DNA from: a virus
Lineage: Duplodnaviria > Caudoviricetes
DNA: 27,587 nucleotides
Strand: one strand, 5' to 3'
IMG/VR virus record: IMGVR_UViG_3300044878_000138
Coordinates: 1 to 27,587 of that record
The notes beneath the pieces were generated by a model. It saw nothing but the letters and a program-made list of their open reading frames with translations. It was not told where the DNA came from and searched no databases. Both the position numbers and the translations under genes were made by a program. Of the stretch, positions 15,911 through 24,792 are shown one piece after another (within the stretch, counting starts at the first letter, position 1; each line of letters starts with the position of its first letter).

Positions 15911-16641
15911 AGGCTGTCTACGAGAATCACTACCTGGCTGACCAAGACGTCGCCAACTACGCCCGGCATTCGTTTGCGGACCTTGCAGCGAACTTCACCG
16001 TCGAGCAGAACGACAACCTGATCCGCTTCCTGGCGCGCGGCGTGAAGACCGGCGACTGGAACAAGCTGCTGGATCAGATGGTGGCCACCGAGACTCGCGA
16101 GGAAGCCGAGGCCTTGGCCGTCTACCTGCGTAAGATCCCGTGCCACTGGGTGCCGTTCGGCCACCCGCACATCTCGCTGCGCATGAAGGCACCGGTGCCG
16201 ATCCGCACCCAGTGCTTCAAGCACAAGATCGGCTACGTCGAGTCGGAAGAAAGCCGCCGCTACATCAAGTCGGAGCCGGAGTTCTTCGTCCCCGATCACT
16301 TCCGCGCGGTGGCTGAAGACGTCAAGCAGGGCAGCGCGCCGGGTCCGCACCCACGCTCTGACTACTGGCTGCAGACCTACAACCTGCTGGCGCAGCGGTC
16401 GATCCAGTGCTACCTCGACATGATCAACGACGGCGTCTGCCCTGAGCAGGCCCGATTCGCCCTGATCCAAGGCGTCGAAGTGAACTGGGTGTGGACTGGC
16501 AGCCTGTACGCCTTCGCCATGGCTTACAACGCCCGCAGCGACAGCCACGCCCAGCAGGAAGTGCAGGATCTGTTCATGGAAGTGGACAAGATTATCACCC
16601 CGCTGTACCCGGTGAGCTGGGCAGCCCTGACTGGAGAGTAA
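15907..16641 (+). CDS. thyX: flavin-dependent thymidylate synthase
   Basis: HWVPFGH, a variant ThyX motif KHK...SEESRRY, GVCPEQARFAL and RSDSHAQQE. Confidence 0.92.
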   Translation: MKAVYENHYLADQDVANYARHSFADLAANFTVEQNDNLIRFLARGVKTGDWNKLLDQMVATETREEAEALAVYLRKIPCHWVPFGHPHISLRMKAPVPIRTQCFKHKIGYVESEESRRYIKSEPEFFVPDHFRAVAEDVKQGSAPGPHPRSDYWLQTYNLLAQRSIQCYLDMINDGVCPEQARFALIQGVEVNWVWTGSLYAFAMAYNARSDSHAQQEVQDLFMEVDKIITPLYPVSWAALTGE

Positions 16642-16643
16642 TC

Positions 16644-17231
16644 ATGTACTTCGAGCACCTCGCTGAATTTCCTGTCTCCATCGACCTGGAAACCGCGGGC
16701 CTCGGAACCAACGCGCCGATCATTGCGATCGGCGCGGTGCGTTTCGCGCCGTCCTACCAGACCATCGACTGCACAGGGCCAAAGCACGAGTTCCATACCG
16801 CTGTGAACCTCGTGGGGCAGACGCCCATCGACCCGGACACCTTCTACTGGTGGCTGGAGCAGAGCAAGGACGCGCAGCTGGGCGCCCTTGAGGGTAAGGG
16901 CGGGATGACGTTGGGCAACGCCCTGCGCGCCCTCTGGCAGTGGCTGCAGGCCGATACCACCGTGGTCGGGCGCAACTCCAACTTCACCGGCGAGCTGTGG
17001 ATTCGTGGTGACCGGGACGCGCTGTGGCTGGAAGAAGGCTTCAAGCGTGAGGGCATCGCCCTACCCTACCGGTTCAACAACGTCCGTGACCAGCGCACCA
17101 TTGTCGACTTCGCCGAGAAGCGCGGCGTGGACATGCCGTGGCGCGACGGCACCCAACACGATGCACTGGACGATGCCCGCTACCAGGCTGAATGCCTGAA
17201 AGCGGTCTTTGCCCGCTACCCGGAGCACTGA
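16644..17231 (+). CDS. DEDDh 3'-5' exonuclease (Rv2179c/exonuclease VIII-like)
   Basis: IDLETAG, IIAIGAV, RDQRT and HDALDDARYQA. GGAG precedes ATG 16644. Confidence 0.88.
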   Translation: MYFEHLAEFPVSIDLETAGLGTNAPIIAIGAVRFAPSYQTIDCTGPKHEFHTAVNLVGQTPIDPDTFYWWLEQSKDAQLGALEGKGGMTLGNALRALWQWLQADTTVVGRNSNFTGELWIRGDRDALWLEEGFKREGIALPYRFNNVRDQRTIVDFAEKRGVDMPWRDGTQHDALDDARYQAECLKAVFARYPEH

Positions 17232-17233
17232 GC

Positions 17234-17503
17234 ATGAAGTCAGTCTTGAAGTTTCCGCTGAACAACGGCATGAACAGCCTGCAGATCCCCGGCGGCCTGA
17301 ATGGCACCACGTTCGGCCACCAGCCAGGTGAGCCGGCTCCGGTGCAGATGTGGACGATCACCGACAGCGACCAGGTGGTGGAGACGGTCAACATCTACCT
17401 CGCCGTAACAGGCGAAACACTGCCGGAAGGCGTTGAGTACCGGATGTTAGGGACGGTTCTGCTCTACGGCGGGGCTTTCGTAGTCCACGCCCTGCTGGTT
17501 TGA
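17234..17503 (+). CDS. small beta-rich hypothetical phage protein
   Basis: GGAG precedes ATG 17234. Contains TGETLP..YRMLGTV..FVVH. Confidence 0.7.
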   Translation: MKSVLKFPLNNGMNSLQIPGGLNGTTFGHQPGEPAPVQMWTITDSDQVVETVNIYLAVTGETLPEGVEYRMLGTVLLYGGAFVVHALLV

Positions 17504-17525
17504 CTGACTCAAACAGGGAGGAACA

Positions 17526-20500
17526 ATGAACAACGAACCACTTCAGATCATCGACTTTCGTGCCTGTGTCAAACACGCCTACTACGGCGTGTCGGACAAG
17601 ACGCTGCACTGCACGAAGCTCGATCGCCGGTTTGCCGATTGGCAGGCCGGTGCAGCGGACTTTCTGACCCGCTACATCCGCCCCATCCTCGAGAAGGGCG
17701 GTTCCCCGCGTGAAATGCTGGTGGCACACGACGCCGGCAAAGCCTACCGCCTCGGCATCTATCCGCAGTACAAGGGCCAGGCAGCCAAGGACGACAAGAA
17801 CAAGTCGCCCATCGAAGTCGAGCAGTACAAAGAGCTGATGATCTGGGCGAAGAAGTTCTTCTCCGCCCTTGGTGCCACTCAGATGTTCGTCGAAGGCGTG
17901 GAAGCGGATGACCTGATCGCTTGGGTTTGCGGCGCCGTTCCCGGGCCGAAGGACGTCAGCACGGTCGACGAAGACATGCTGCAGTTGGTCAGCCAAGACA
18001 CCCAGGTCATTATCAAGAACTACATCCACCACGCCCCTTACGGCGAGGAGGGCGTCTACCCTGAAGACCACAAGCTGCACGGCCTGCCGTACCGGTTCAC
18101 CAGCTTCGCCAAGTCGATCATGGGCGATGACTCCGACAACTACAGCGGTGTGGTGGGCATGGGCCCAGCCAAGGTGCTGAAGCTGCTGGAGCTCTACGGC
18201 GCTGACGGCCTGGACGAGCTGTGCGAGATCGTAAGCAAGGGCAACACCGCGCTCCTCGATGAGTCGATTGAAGCCTCCGGCGACAAGATCCTGATGAAAC
18301 TGCGCGAGCACTTCGGTGACTGGCGCATGGGCTGGCGTCTGGCCAACCTCAAGCCGGATCTGTGCTGGAAGCCGCGGCTGAAGAAGCTGACCAAGCCAAA
18401 GATCCACAAGCGCGTGCCGAACCCGACGGAGCTGTACCAGTGCCTGAAGGAAGTCGGCTGCGAGGACATGTGGGAGGCGGAGTACAGCCACCTGATGCCG
18501 GTGCCGATGATCGTCGACGCCAGCAACTGGGACGAGCTCAGGGAGCAGATCTTCGAAGAGATCAAGGCCGGCGACAAGACCGCGTTCGACTACGAGTCTT
18601 CGGACAAGAACCCGATCCGCGACTTCCGCCTGGCCTCGGCTTCGGGTGGCAACTTCGTCGACATGCTCAGCCAGGAACTGGCCGGCGCCTCGTTCCAGTT
18701 CGGTCGTCACTTGGAAAACGTGATCTACATCCCGGTCGACCACCGCGATTCGAACAACGTCAACAAGTCGGTGATCCTTGAGATCCTTGATTTTGCGGGC
18801 AAGCACACCAGGCGGATCGCCCACAACGCCCTGTTTGAAGGCGTGGTGACGCAGACCAACCTCGGTGTCTGGCTCAAGGAAATCGAAGACACCCGGATCA
18901 TGCAGCGCTTCTACGACGAGAACATGGAAGCCGGCCTGAAGGCGTTGTCGCTGAATTACCTGAGCTACGAGCAGACCTCGTTCCAAGACACTTTGGCAGC
19001 GGGTAACAACGGCGAAGGCGTGAGCATGATGTGCCAGCTGACCGCCGACGAGGTGTTCACCTACGGCACCGACGACAGCTTGGTGACCGGTCACCTACAC
19101 GACCTGCTGGAGCTGCTGCTGAAGCTGGACGGCCAGTGGGACTTCTACCGGCGTTGGGCTGTGCGGCCGACCGAAGTGTTGCAGCGGGCCTACGTGGCCG
19201 GTGTCGACATGAACTGGGCCAAGCAGAAACGCATCCACTCCACCGACCTCAAGACCATCGAGGAGGGAATGAAGGATCTGCGGGCGATCTTGGAGAAGAA
19301 CGTCACCGGCAACATCACGCCAGGCTGCAAGTCGCTGATCGACGCGGAGAAGGATTACATCTTCCGTGCGGCGAAGAAGAAGGCCGACGGCGATGCCGAT
19401 GCAGCCAACAGCAAAGTGGCGGAGTGGCGCAAGAAGCTGGAGGCGGCCTGCCAGTACGTGCCGTACCGCGAAGAGTCGATCATGCCGAAGTTCGCCTTCA
19501 CGCCGCTGCAGTTGGCCCCGGCGTTGGAGAAACTGAAGCTGCCGCCGCTGGAGAAGCTGACCCTCAAGTCGCTGACCGAGTGGTACGCCGCTTGTGGTGC
19601 AGCAGGCTTCGAGGACGAATGGCAGCTGGACGACGACCAACGCACGATGGTCAAGACCATTGCCATGGCTTCCAACCTTGGCTGCCTGAAGATGGGCGAC
19701 CTGCGCAAGGCTGCTGAGGAAGACGAGACGGAGAACAGCGCGAAACAGCTGAAGCTGGAACAGGCTGAAGCCCATCTGGACGTCCTCGGCGACCTGGTGC
19801 AGTTCCACGCCGGCGTGAAACCAAGTGTCGTCGCCTTCGGTGACCCGCTGAACGTCGGCAGCCCGGTGCAGATGCAGCAACTGCTGTATTGCAAGATCGG
19901 CATCCCGGTCAAGCTGCGCGGTAAGCAGGCGGGTAAAGGGCGGCTGTCGGTCGGCATTCAGGAAGCAGGCCCGTCCACCGACGAGCAGGCGATCCTGACG
20001 GCGCTGGCGAACGACGTGACCGAGGACTGCTGGCAGCGTGATGCGCTGCACGTCCTGCGTCGGGTCAAGTCGGCCAGCACCCGCTGCAGCCTGTACCACG
20101 ACAAGTACCCGATGTGGCGTCACCGCGACGGTAAGGTCCACCCGATCATCACCGACGCCGGCACCGACACCACCAGGCCAACAGGCAGCGCGCCGAACAT
20201 CCTGCAGGTGGCCAAGAAGGGTGAAGGCAAGGTCATGCGGTCGATCTATATTCCGCCGACCCCGGACCACGTCGCCGTCGCCATCGACTTCAACGGTCAA
20301 GAGATCCGCCTGATGGCGAACCTCGCGAACGACCCGGTGATGATGTCGGTGTACGACCCGGCCAACGAGCGTGACTTGCACAGCATGACCGGCTCCGGCA
20401 TCGCCAAGATGACTTATGAAGAGTTCATTGCGGCCAAGGATGACGAGAACCACAAGCTGAACAAGCTCACCATCGCGATCCGGGGCAAGGCCAAGGGCGT

Positions 20501-21191
20501 CAACTTCGGCATGGCTTACGGCGCGGGTGCCGGCACCCTGTCGCGCAACCTGATCGTTCCGGTCGACGAGGCCAAGAAGCTCCTCGATGACACCTTCGAC
20601 CTGTACAAGCGGATTCGTCCGTGGCAGGCCGAGACAGCGGACTTCATGACCAAGAACGGCTTCACGCTGACGGCCTTCGGCACCAAGCGTCATGCCACGC
20701 CGGATCTGTTCAGCAATGACAGCGGCAAGGTCGCGCGGCAGCACCGTCAAGGCACCAACGCGACGATCCAGGGCTCGGCGGCGCAGATGTTGCGCATCGT
20801 GCTCACCCGGATCGCCGAAAGCGGGATTATGGACCGGCTGCGCATGACGTTCTTCGCACCGATCTACGACGAAGTGGTGTCGTGGGTGCATAAGGACGAT
20901 GTCTATGAATACTGCCAAGAAGTTGGCCGGTTCATGGAAGAGTCGACCCCGCCGGGGCACATTGTTCGCCAAGTACCGGAGTTCTCTATCGGCTGCGACT
21001 GGGGTAAGGTGCACGAGCTGGGCCGCGACATCAGCGAAGAGAACGTCGCCAAGTACGTCGCCCGTGCACTGGAAGAAGGCGTGGACATATGGGAGAAGGA
21101 CCTGCTGGAGCCTTTCGATCCGATCCGCAAGCCGACCTACGTTGAACTGGATGAAGACGAGGAGGTAGAGGTTGAAAACATCGCCGACTAA
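17526..21191 (+). CDS. polA: family-A DNA polymerase with 5'-3' exonuclease and 3'-5' exonuclease domains
   Basis: 5' nuclease motifs YPQYKG, EADD and GDDSDNYSGVVGMG. Proofreading motifs FDYE, HNALFE and YGTDD. Polymerase motif A DFNGQEIR, motif B RGKAKGVNFGMAYG, NATIQGSAA and motif C IYDE. Confidence 0.95.
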   Translation: MNNEPLQIIDFRACVKHAYYGVSDKTLHCTKLDRRFADWQAGAADFLTRYIRPILEKGGSPREMLVAHDAGKAYRLGIYPQYKGQAAKDDKNKSPIEVEQYKELMIWAKKFFSALGATQMFVEGVEADDLIAWVCGAVPGPKDVSTVDEDMLQLVSQDTQVIIKNYIHHAPYGEEGVYPEDHKLHGLPYRFTSFAKSIMGDDSDNYSGVVGMGPAKVLKLLELYGADGLDELCEIVSKGNTALLDESIEASGDKILMKLREHFGDWRMGWRLANLKPDLCWKPRLKKLTKPKIHKRVPNPTELYQCLKEVGCEDMWEAEYSHLMPVPMIVDASNWDELREQIFEEIKAGDKTAFDYESSDKNPIRDFRLASASGGNFVDMLSQELAGASFQFGRHLENVIYIPVDHRDSNNVNKSVILEILDFAGKHTRRIAHNALFEGVVTQTNLGVWLKEIEDTRIMQRFYDENMEAGLKALSLNYLSYEQTSFQDTLAAGNNGEGVSMMCQLTADEVFTYGTDDSLVTGHLHDLLELLLKLDGQWDFYRRWAVRPTEVLQRAYVAGVDMNWAKQKRIHSTDLKTIEEGMKDLRAILEKNVTGNITPGCKSLIDAEKDYIFRAAKKKADGDADAANSKVAEWRKKLEAACQYVPYREESIMPKFAFTPLQLAPALEKLKLPPLEKLTLKSLTEWYAACGAAGFEDEWQLDDDQRTMVKTIAMASNLGCLKMGDLRKAAEEDETENSAKQLKLEQAEAHLDVLGDLVQFHAGVKPSVVAFGDPLNVGSPVQMQQLLYCKIGIPVKLRGKQAGKGRLSVGIQEAGPSTDEQAILTALANDVTEDCWQRDALHVLRRVKSASTRCSLYHDKYPMWRHRDGKVHPIITDAGTDTTRPTGSAPNILQVAKKGEGKVMRSIYIPPTPDHVAVAIDFNGQEIRLMANLANDPVMMSVYDPANERDLHSMTGSGIAKMTYEEFIAAKDDENHKLNKLTIAIRGKAKGVNFGMAYGAGAGTLSRNLIVPVDEAKKLLDDTFDLYKRIRPWQAETADFMTKNGFTLTAFGTKRHATPDLFSNDSGKVARQHRQGTNATIQGSAAQMLRIVLTRIAESGIMDRLRMTFFAPIYDEVVSWVHKDDVYEYCQEVGRFMEESTPPGHIVRQVPEFSIGCDWGKVHELGRDISEENVAKYVARALEEGVDIWEKDLLEPFDPIRKPTYVELDEDEEVEVENIAD

Positions 21192-21201
21192 GGCGGGGTT
21201 T

Positions 21202-21597
21202 ATGGGGAGGGTCATCAGCCGGCTGCTTGGGCAGCCGGCTGACGGCCCACCTTGGCAACGAGAGGACGAGACGCTGGCGCAGTGCCGCCGTCGTCTCGGC
21301 CTGGCTGCTAACCAGAACCCTGCGTGGAATCCGAACTGGCCCCGCCCAAGGGCTCCGCAAGCGCCGCCGCAGCGGGACCCGGGACCAGACATCGAACAAA
21401 TCCTTGCCGATAACACCCGCCTGCTGATGGAAAACCAGCGGATGCGGGAGGTGTTGACCGACACCGCTGAACTGCGGCGGCAGCTGGCCGACTCCAAGCA
21501 CAACGAAGGCCTGATGGCGCAGCGGATCGAGTTGTTCCGCAAGACCTGGCCTGCCATTCACAAACAGTTCTTCGCCAACGAAAGGAAAGCAAAATGA
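21202..21597 (+). CDS. hypothetical protein with Pro-rich linker and coiled coil
   Basis: ATG 11 nt after the polymerase stop and an ATGA overlap with the next gene. The start is uncertain. Confidence 0.6.
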   Translation: MGRVISRLLGQPADGPPWQREDETLAQCRRRLGLAANQNPAWNPNWPRPRAPQAPPQRDPGPDIEQILADNTRLLMENQRMREVLTDTAELRRQLADSKHNEGLMAQRIELFRKTWPAIHKQFFANERKAK

Positions 21598-22334
21598 GTT
21601 TCAATGGACAGAGTGTCAGAGCACTGGCTCACGACTATGAAACCACAGGGGTGGACGCTGGCTCGTGCGGCGTCCTGCAGTCAGCCCTGTGGATCGTGAC
21701 CCTGCACCAGAACGGCAGCTACGACATTCACGATCAGGATCTGATGCTGTTGAACCCGGGCAAAGAGATCCACCCGGAAGCCTCCAAGGTCCACGGCTAC
21801 TACGCCCACCAGCTGCTGGACGAGCTGCCATGGGAAAAGTACCTGGCTGAGCAGATGGAAACCGTCAACGAAATGAAGTTGGACGCGGTGATCGGCTACA
21901 ACAGCGCCACCTTCGACAACCGCATTGCCTGTCGCGTCGGGTTTCAGCCGCCTGTCTCCATCGACCTGATGAAGGCCGCACGCAAGCTGAAGTCCGAGCA
22001 CAAGTGGCCCAGCGCCAAACTGGTGCACTTCTATGAGCACCTGCTGCACGAACCCATGAACGGCGCCCACGACGCCTCGGTGGACGTGGACGCCACCCTG
22101 AAGTGCATCAAGCCGCTGTACAGCTGGGCCAAGGTCGACAGCCTCGACGAGCTGATGGTTTGGATGAAGGGCGACGACGGCACGCTGGAAATGAAAATCG
22201 GCTTCGGTCAGCACAAGACCAGCAAGGTCAAAAACCTTGACCTGTCGTATTGCAAGTGGCTGCTCAGCGACAAGTGCGAGATGACCTACTCCGACGAGCT
22301 GCGCCAGGCGCTGCTGCTGCGGGTGGGCAAGTGA
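21594..22334 (+). CDS. DnaQ/ExoX-like DEDDh exonuclease with C-terminal FGxHK domain
   Basis: DYETTG, VHG, GYNSATFD and AHDASVD. The tail IGFGQHK...YCKWLL is as in ExoX-like proteins. Confidence 0.88.
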   Translation: MSFNGQSVRALAHDYETTGVDAGSCGVLQSALWIVTLHQNGSYDIHDQDLMLLNPGKEIHPEASKVHGYYAHQLLDELPWEKYLAEQMETVNEMKLDAVIGYNSATFDNRIACRVGFQPPVSIDLMKAARKLKSEHKWPSAKLVHFYEHLLHEPMNGAHDASVDVDATLKCIKPLYSWAKVDSLDELMVWMKGDDGTLEMKIGFGQHKTSKVKNLDLSYCKWLLSDKCEMTYSDELRQALLLRVGK

Positions 22335-22933
22335 AGTTGATCGGCGTGACCGGGTTGGCCAGATCCGGTAAAGACCACGCTGCGGACTGCCTGGCCAAGG
22401 GCATGAAGTTGCACAAGTACGCCTTCGCTGAGCCGCTGAAGACCATGCTGAAGTCGGTCTTCGGCGACCACTTCCACCACGGCGATCGCTCCGGCATCTG
22501 CCCTGAAACCGGCCGGTCCTACCGAGAGATGATGCAGACGCTGGGCACCGAGTGGGGCCGTAAGCTGATGCACGACGACCTGTGGGTTCGACTGGTGAAC
22601 AAGCAGTGGAACTGGGTGAAGGAAGGCTGCCCGTACATCAATGACTTGGGCCAGTTCAGCCACTTGCACGTCGACAGCGCGCCGGCTGTGCAGGGTATGG
22701 TGCTCAGCGACGTCCGCTTCAACTCCGAGGCTCACTGGATCAGGGACCACCACGGCGCGGTGATTCAAATCATCCGGCCAGGCCTTGAGCAGCAGACGGT
22801 CGGGATCGAAGGTCATCTCAGCGAGCAAGGCATCCGCCAAGCCTTCGTCACCCACACCATCGTCAACGACGGCACGCTGCTGGACTTCGAGTTGAAGCTG
22901 ATGGGTCTGATTGATCAGCTGGAAGAGGCCTGA
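22331..22933 (+). CDS. deoxynucleoside monophosphate kinase
   Basis: GTGA overlap. GVTGLARSGKD, FAEPLK, REMMQTLGTEWGR, SDVRFNSE and IVNDG. Confidence 0.9.
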   Translation: MKLIGVTGLARSGKDHAADCLAKGMKLHKYAFAEPLKTMLKSVFGDHFHHGDRSGICPETGRSYREMMQTLGTEWGRKLMHDDLWVRLVNKQWNWVKEGCPYINDLGQFSHLHVDSAPAVQGMVLSDVRFNSEAHWIRDHHGAVIQIIRPGLEQQTVGIEGHLSEQGIRQAFVTHTIVNDGTLLDFELKLMGLIDQLEEA

Positions 22934-22935
22934 GC

Positions 22936-23457
22936 ATGGCTGCCAGCATCGGGAAGGTGTTCGAGAAGGAGATGGGCAAGGTGTTCGATCTGCTGTTTGC
23001 ACAGCGATTGGTCAGCTACCACCGCCTTACCGACACCGGGGCCGCCGGGTCCATCGTTGCCGAGCAGCCAAGCGATTACCTCCTCGGCCTTCCTGCAGGG
23101 TGTCAGAACCTGCACGAAGGCCAGAGGCTGTGCTTCCTCGAAGTGAAAGCCAGTGAGGAACACAGCACGATGCCGAAGTCAGCGGTCAGGGCTTCGCAGC
23201 GTGGGGCGATCGGTAGGTTCCGATTCCTGCTGGAAATTCCGTACTACATCCTGTTTTGGGATGCGCAGAACGGCGTGTTGCAACTGTGGGACGGGCTGGC
23301 GGTGCATGACAACGCCCGGATCGACAAGCAGTACCTGCTGGCCACCTGGGACAACATCGGGGTGATCAACAGGCTTCAACATCAGCGGGTCGCTGACCTG
23401 CTGGTGGGCTACTTCCATATCCCCAAGCGTGGGGATACACTCAACAAACCCCGCTAG
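22936..23457 (+). CDS. PD-(D/E)xK nuclease, probable RecU-like Holliday junction resolvase
   Basis: GKVFE, PSDY, FLEVK and a conserved downstream Q, in a replication-module context. Confidence 0.7.
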   Translation: MAASIGKVFEKEMGKVFDLLFAQRLVSYHRLTDTGAAGSIVAEQPSDYLLGLPAGCQNLHEGQRLCFLEVKASEEHSTMPKSAVRASQRGAIGRFRFLLEIPYYILFWDAQNGVLQLWDGLAVHDNARIDKQYLLATWDNIGVINRLQHQRVADLLVGYFHIPKRGDTLNKPR

Positions 23458-23466
23458 TTAGCGGGG
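23449..23466. promoter_or_regulatory. palindrome CCCCGCTA-GT-TAGCGGGG, candidate operator
   Basis: Its 12-bp core is the exact reverse complement of the core at 26739-26750. It lies just after TTCCAT-N17-TACACT (23413-23441). Confidence 0.55.
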
Positions 23467-23487
23467 AATCTATTTAGGGACTGACAC

Positions 23488-24627
23488 ATGACTGTACTCT
23501 CGACAAAGCGTCTGTATAAAAACCTCGGCAAGACCATCGGCTGGTGGCAGGTCGATGCTGAAAGCATGGAAGATGGCAGCGCCCGTCTGGTGATCACCTT
23601 CGCCAAGTCGGAAGGCGGCACTGTCACCGAGAAGTTCGCCTCGGTCAAAGGCAAGAACGCTGGCCGCGCCAACGCCACCAGCCACGCTGAACAGGCTGTG
23701 CTGGAAGCAGCCTCCCGGGTCAGCAAGCAGATCCGCCTCGGGTACGTCGAGAACATCGAGGACGCCAACGCACCGGTCACCAACGGCCTGGGCAAGAAGA
23801 AGCCGATGAAGGCAGAGCGTCTGCAGGACATCAACGCAGACGAGATCGACTGGGACAATGCGTTCCTGCAGCGTAAATACGACGGTCACCGCTGCCTCAG
23901 CGATGGGTTTATCTACAGTCGTGGCGGTGTGGCCCACAACGTCCAGCACATCCAAGACGCCATCTACGCCCAGCCTAGCTTCGCTGACCTGCACCTCGAC
24001 GGTGAGCTGTACGTCCACGGCCTGACCCTGCAGGCGATCGGCAGCCTGATCACCAAGCCACGCGAGGAGTCTCTACAGCTGACCTACTACGTCTACGATT
24101 CGGTCAGCGACAAGCCCTTCGAAGAGCGCTTCGCCGCGCTGCAGGAAGCGTTCGCCAACACCGTCGACCTCGATGTCCGTATCCAGCTGGTCGAGACCGT
24201 GCGAGTCCGCAGCATGGACGAAGCCATGGCTCAGCACCGTAAGTGGGTGAAGGAGAAGTACGAAGGCAGCATCCTGCGCTGGGGTCGTGAAGGCTACAAG
24301 GACAACAAGCGCACCAAGTATCTGACCAAACTGAAGGACTTCACCGACTTCGAAGTAAAAGTCGTGGGCTGGGAGTTGGCTGAGCAGCAAGTGGTGAAGG
24401 GCGTCACCTACCAGGTGCCGAAGTTCATCTACGTGGTCTACACACCGAACGGGCCGAAGCACGCCAAGGCTACCGCCCACGGCAACGCCGAGGAGAAACA
24501 TCAGGAGTACCTGGACCTGATGGAAGGCAAGAACATGGGGCGGATGCTGACCCTGACCCACTTCGGCTTCACCCCGGACGGTATCCCGAACATTGCCACG
24601 GCCAAGTGCTGGCACGAACCGCTCTGA
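23488..24627 (+). CDS. ATP-dependent DNA ligase with N-terminal WGR-like extension
   Basis: Motif I KYDGHR, motif III LDGELY, IIIa YVYD, IV YEGSILR and V KLK, followed by an OB domain. Confidence 0.92.
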   Translation: MTVLSTKRLYKNLGKTIGWWQVDAESMEDGSARLVITFAKSEGGTVTEKFASVKGKNAGRANATSHAEQAVLEAASRVSKQIRLGYVENIEDANAPVTNGLGKKKPMKAERLQDINADEIDWDNAFLQRKYDGHRCLSDGFIYSRGGVAHNVQHIQDAIYAQPSFADLHLDGELYVHGLTLQAIGSLITKPREESLQLTYYVYDSVSDKPFEERFAALQEAFANTVDLDVRIQLVETVRVRSMDEAMAQHRKWVKEKYEGSILRWGREGYKDNKRTKYLTKLKDFTDFEVKVVGWELAEQQVVKGVTYQVPKFIYVVYTPNGPKHAKATAHGNAEEKHQEYLDLMEGKNMGRMLTLTHFGFTPDGIPNIATAKCWHEPL

Positions 24628-24634
24628 TTTAACC

Positions 24635-24655
24635 GGGGCAGCGGAGCGCTGCCCC
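24635..24655. other. intergenic hairpin GGGGCAGCG-GAG-CGCTGCCCC (possible weak terminator)
   Basis: Perfect 9-bp stem after the ligase stop, followed by only TT. Confidence 0.5.
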
Positions 24656-24675
24656 TTCACAAGGTGGACGGACCC

Positions 24676-24792
24676 ATGACCAACAAATTCAGAAGAAAGC
24701 TCGCCCTGTTCATCCTCGAGGGGATCATCGTCTTCTCGCTGATTCCACTGCTCTCTTACGCTTACCACCTGTTAAAAGGACTCTTTACGTGA
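24676..24792 (+). CDS. 38-aa single-pass membrane microprotein (not in ORF track)
   Basis: MTNKFRRKLALFILEGIIVFSLIPLLSYAYHLLKGLFT. AAGGTGGA upstream, and its TGA overlaps the GTG start of sbcD. Confidence 0.6.
   Translation: MTNKFRRKLALFILEGIIVFSLIPLLSYAYHLLKGLFT

Noticed and set aside
19299-19838. Possible intein or intron in the polymerase
   Set aside because: The frame is uninterrupted, with no Cys/Ser start plus His-Asn end and no LAGLIDADG or HNH motif.
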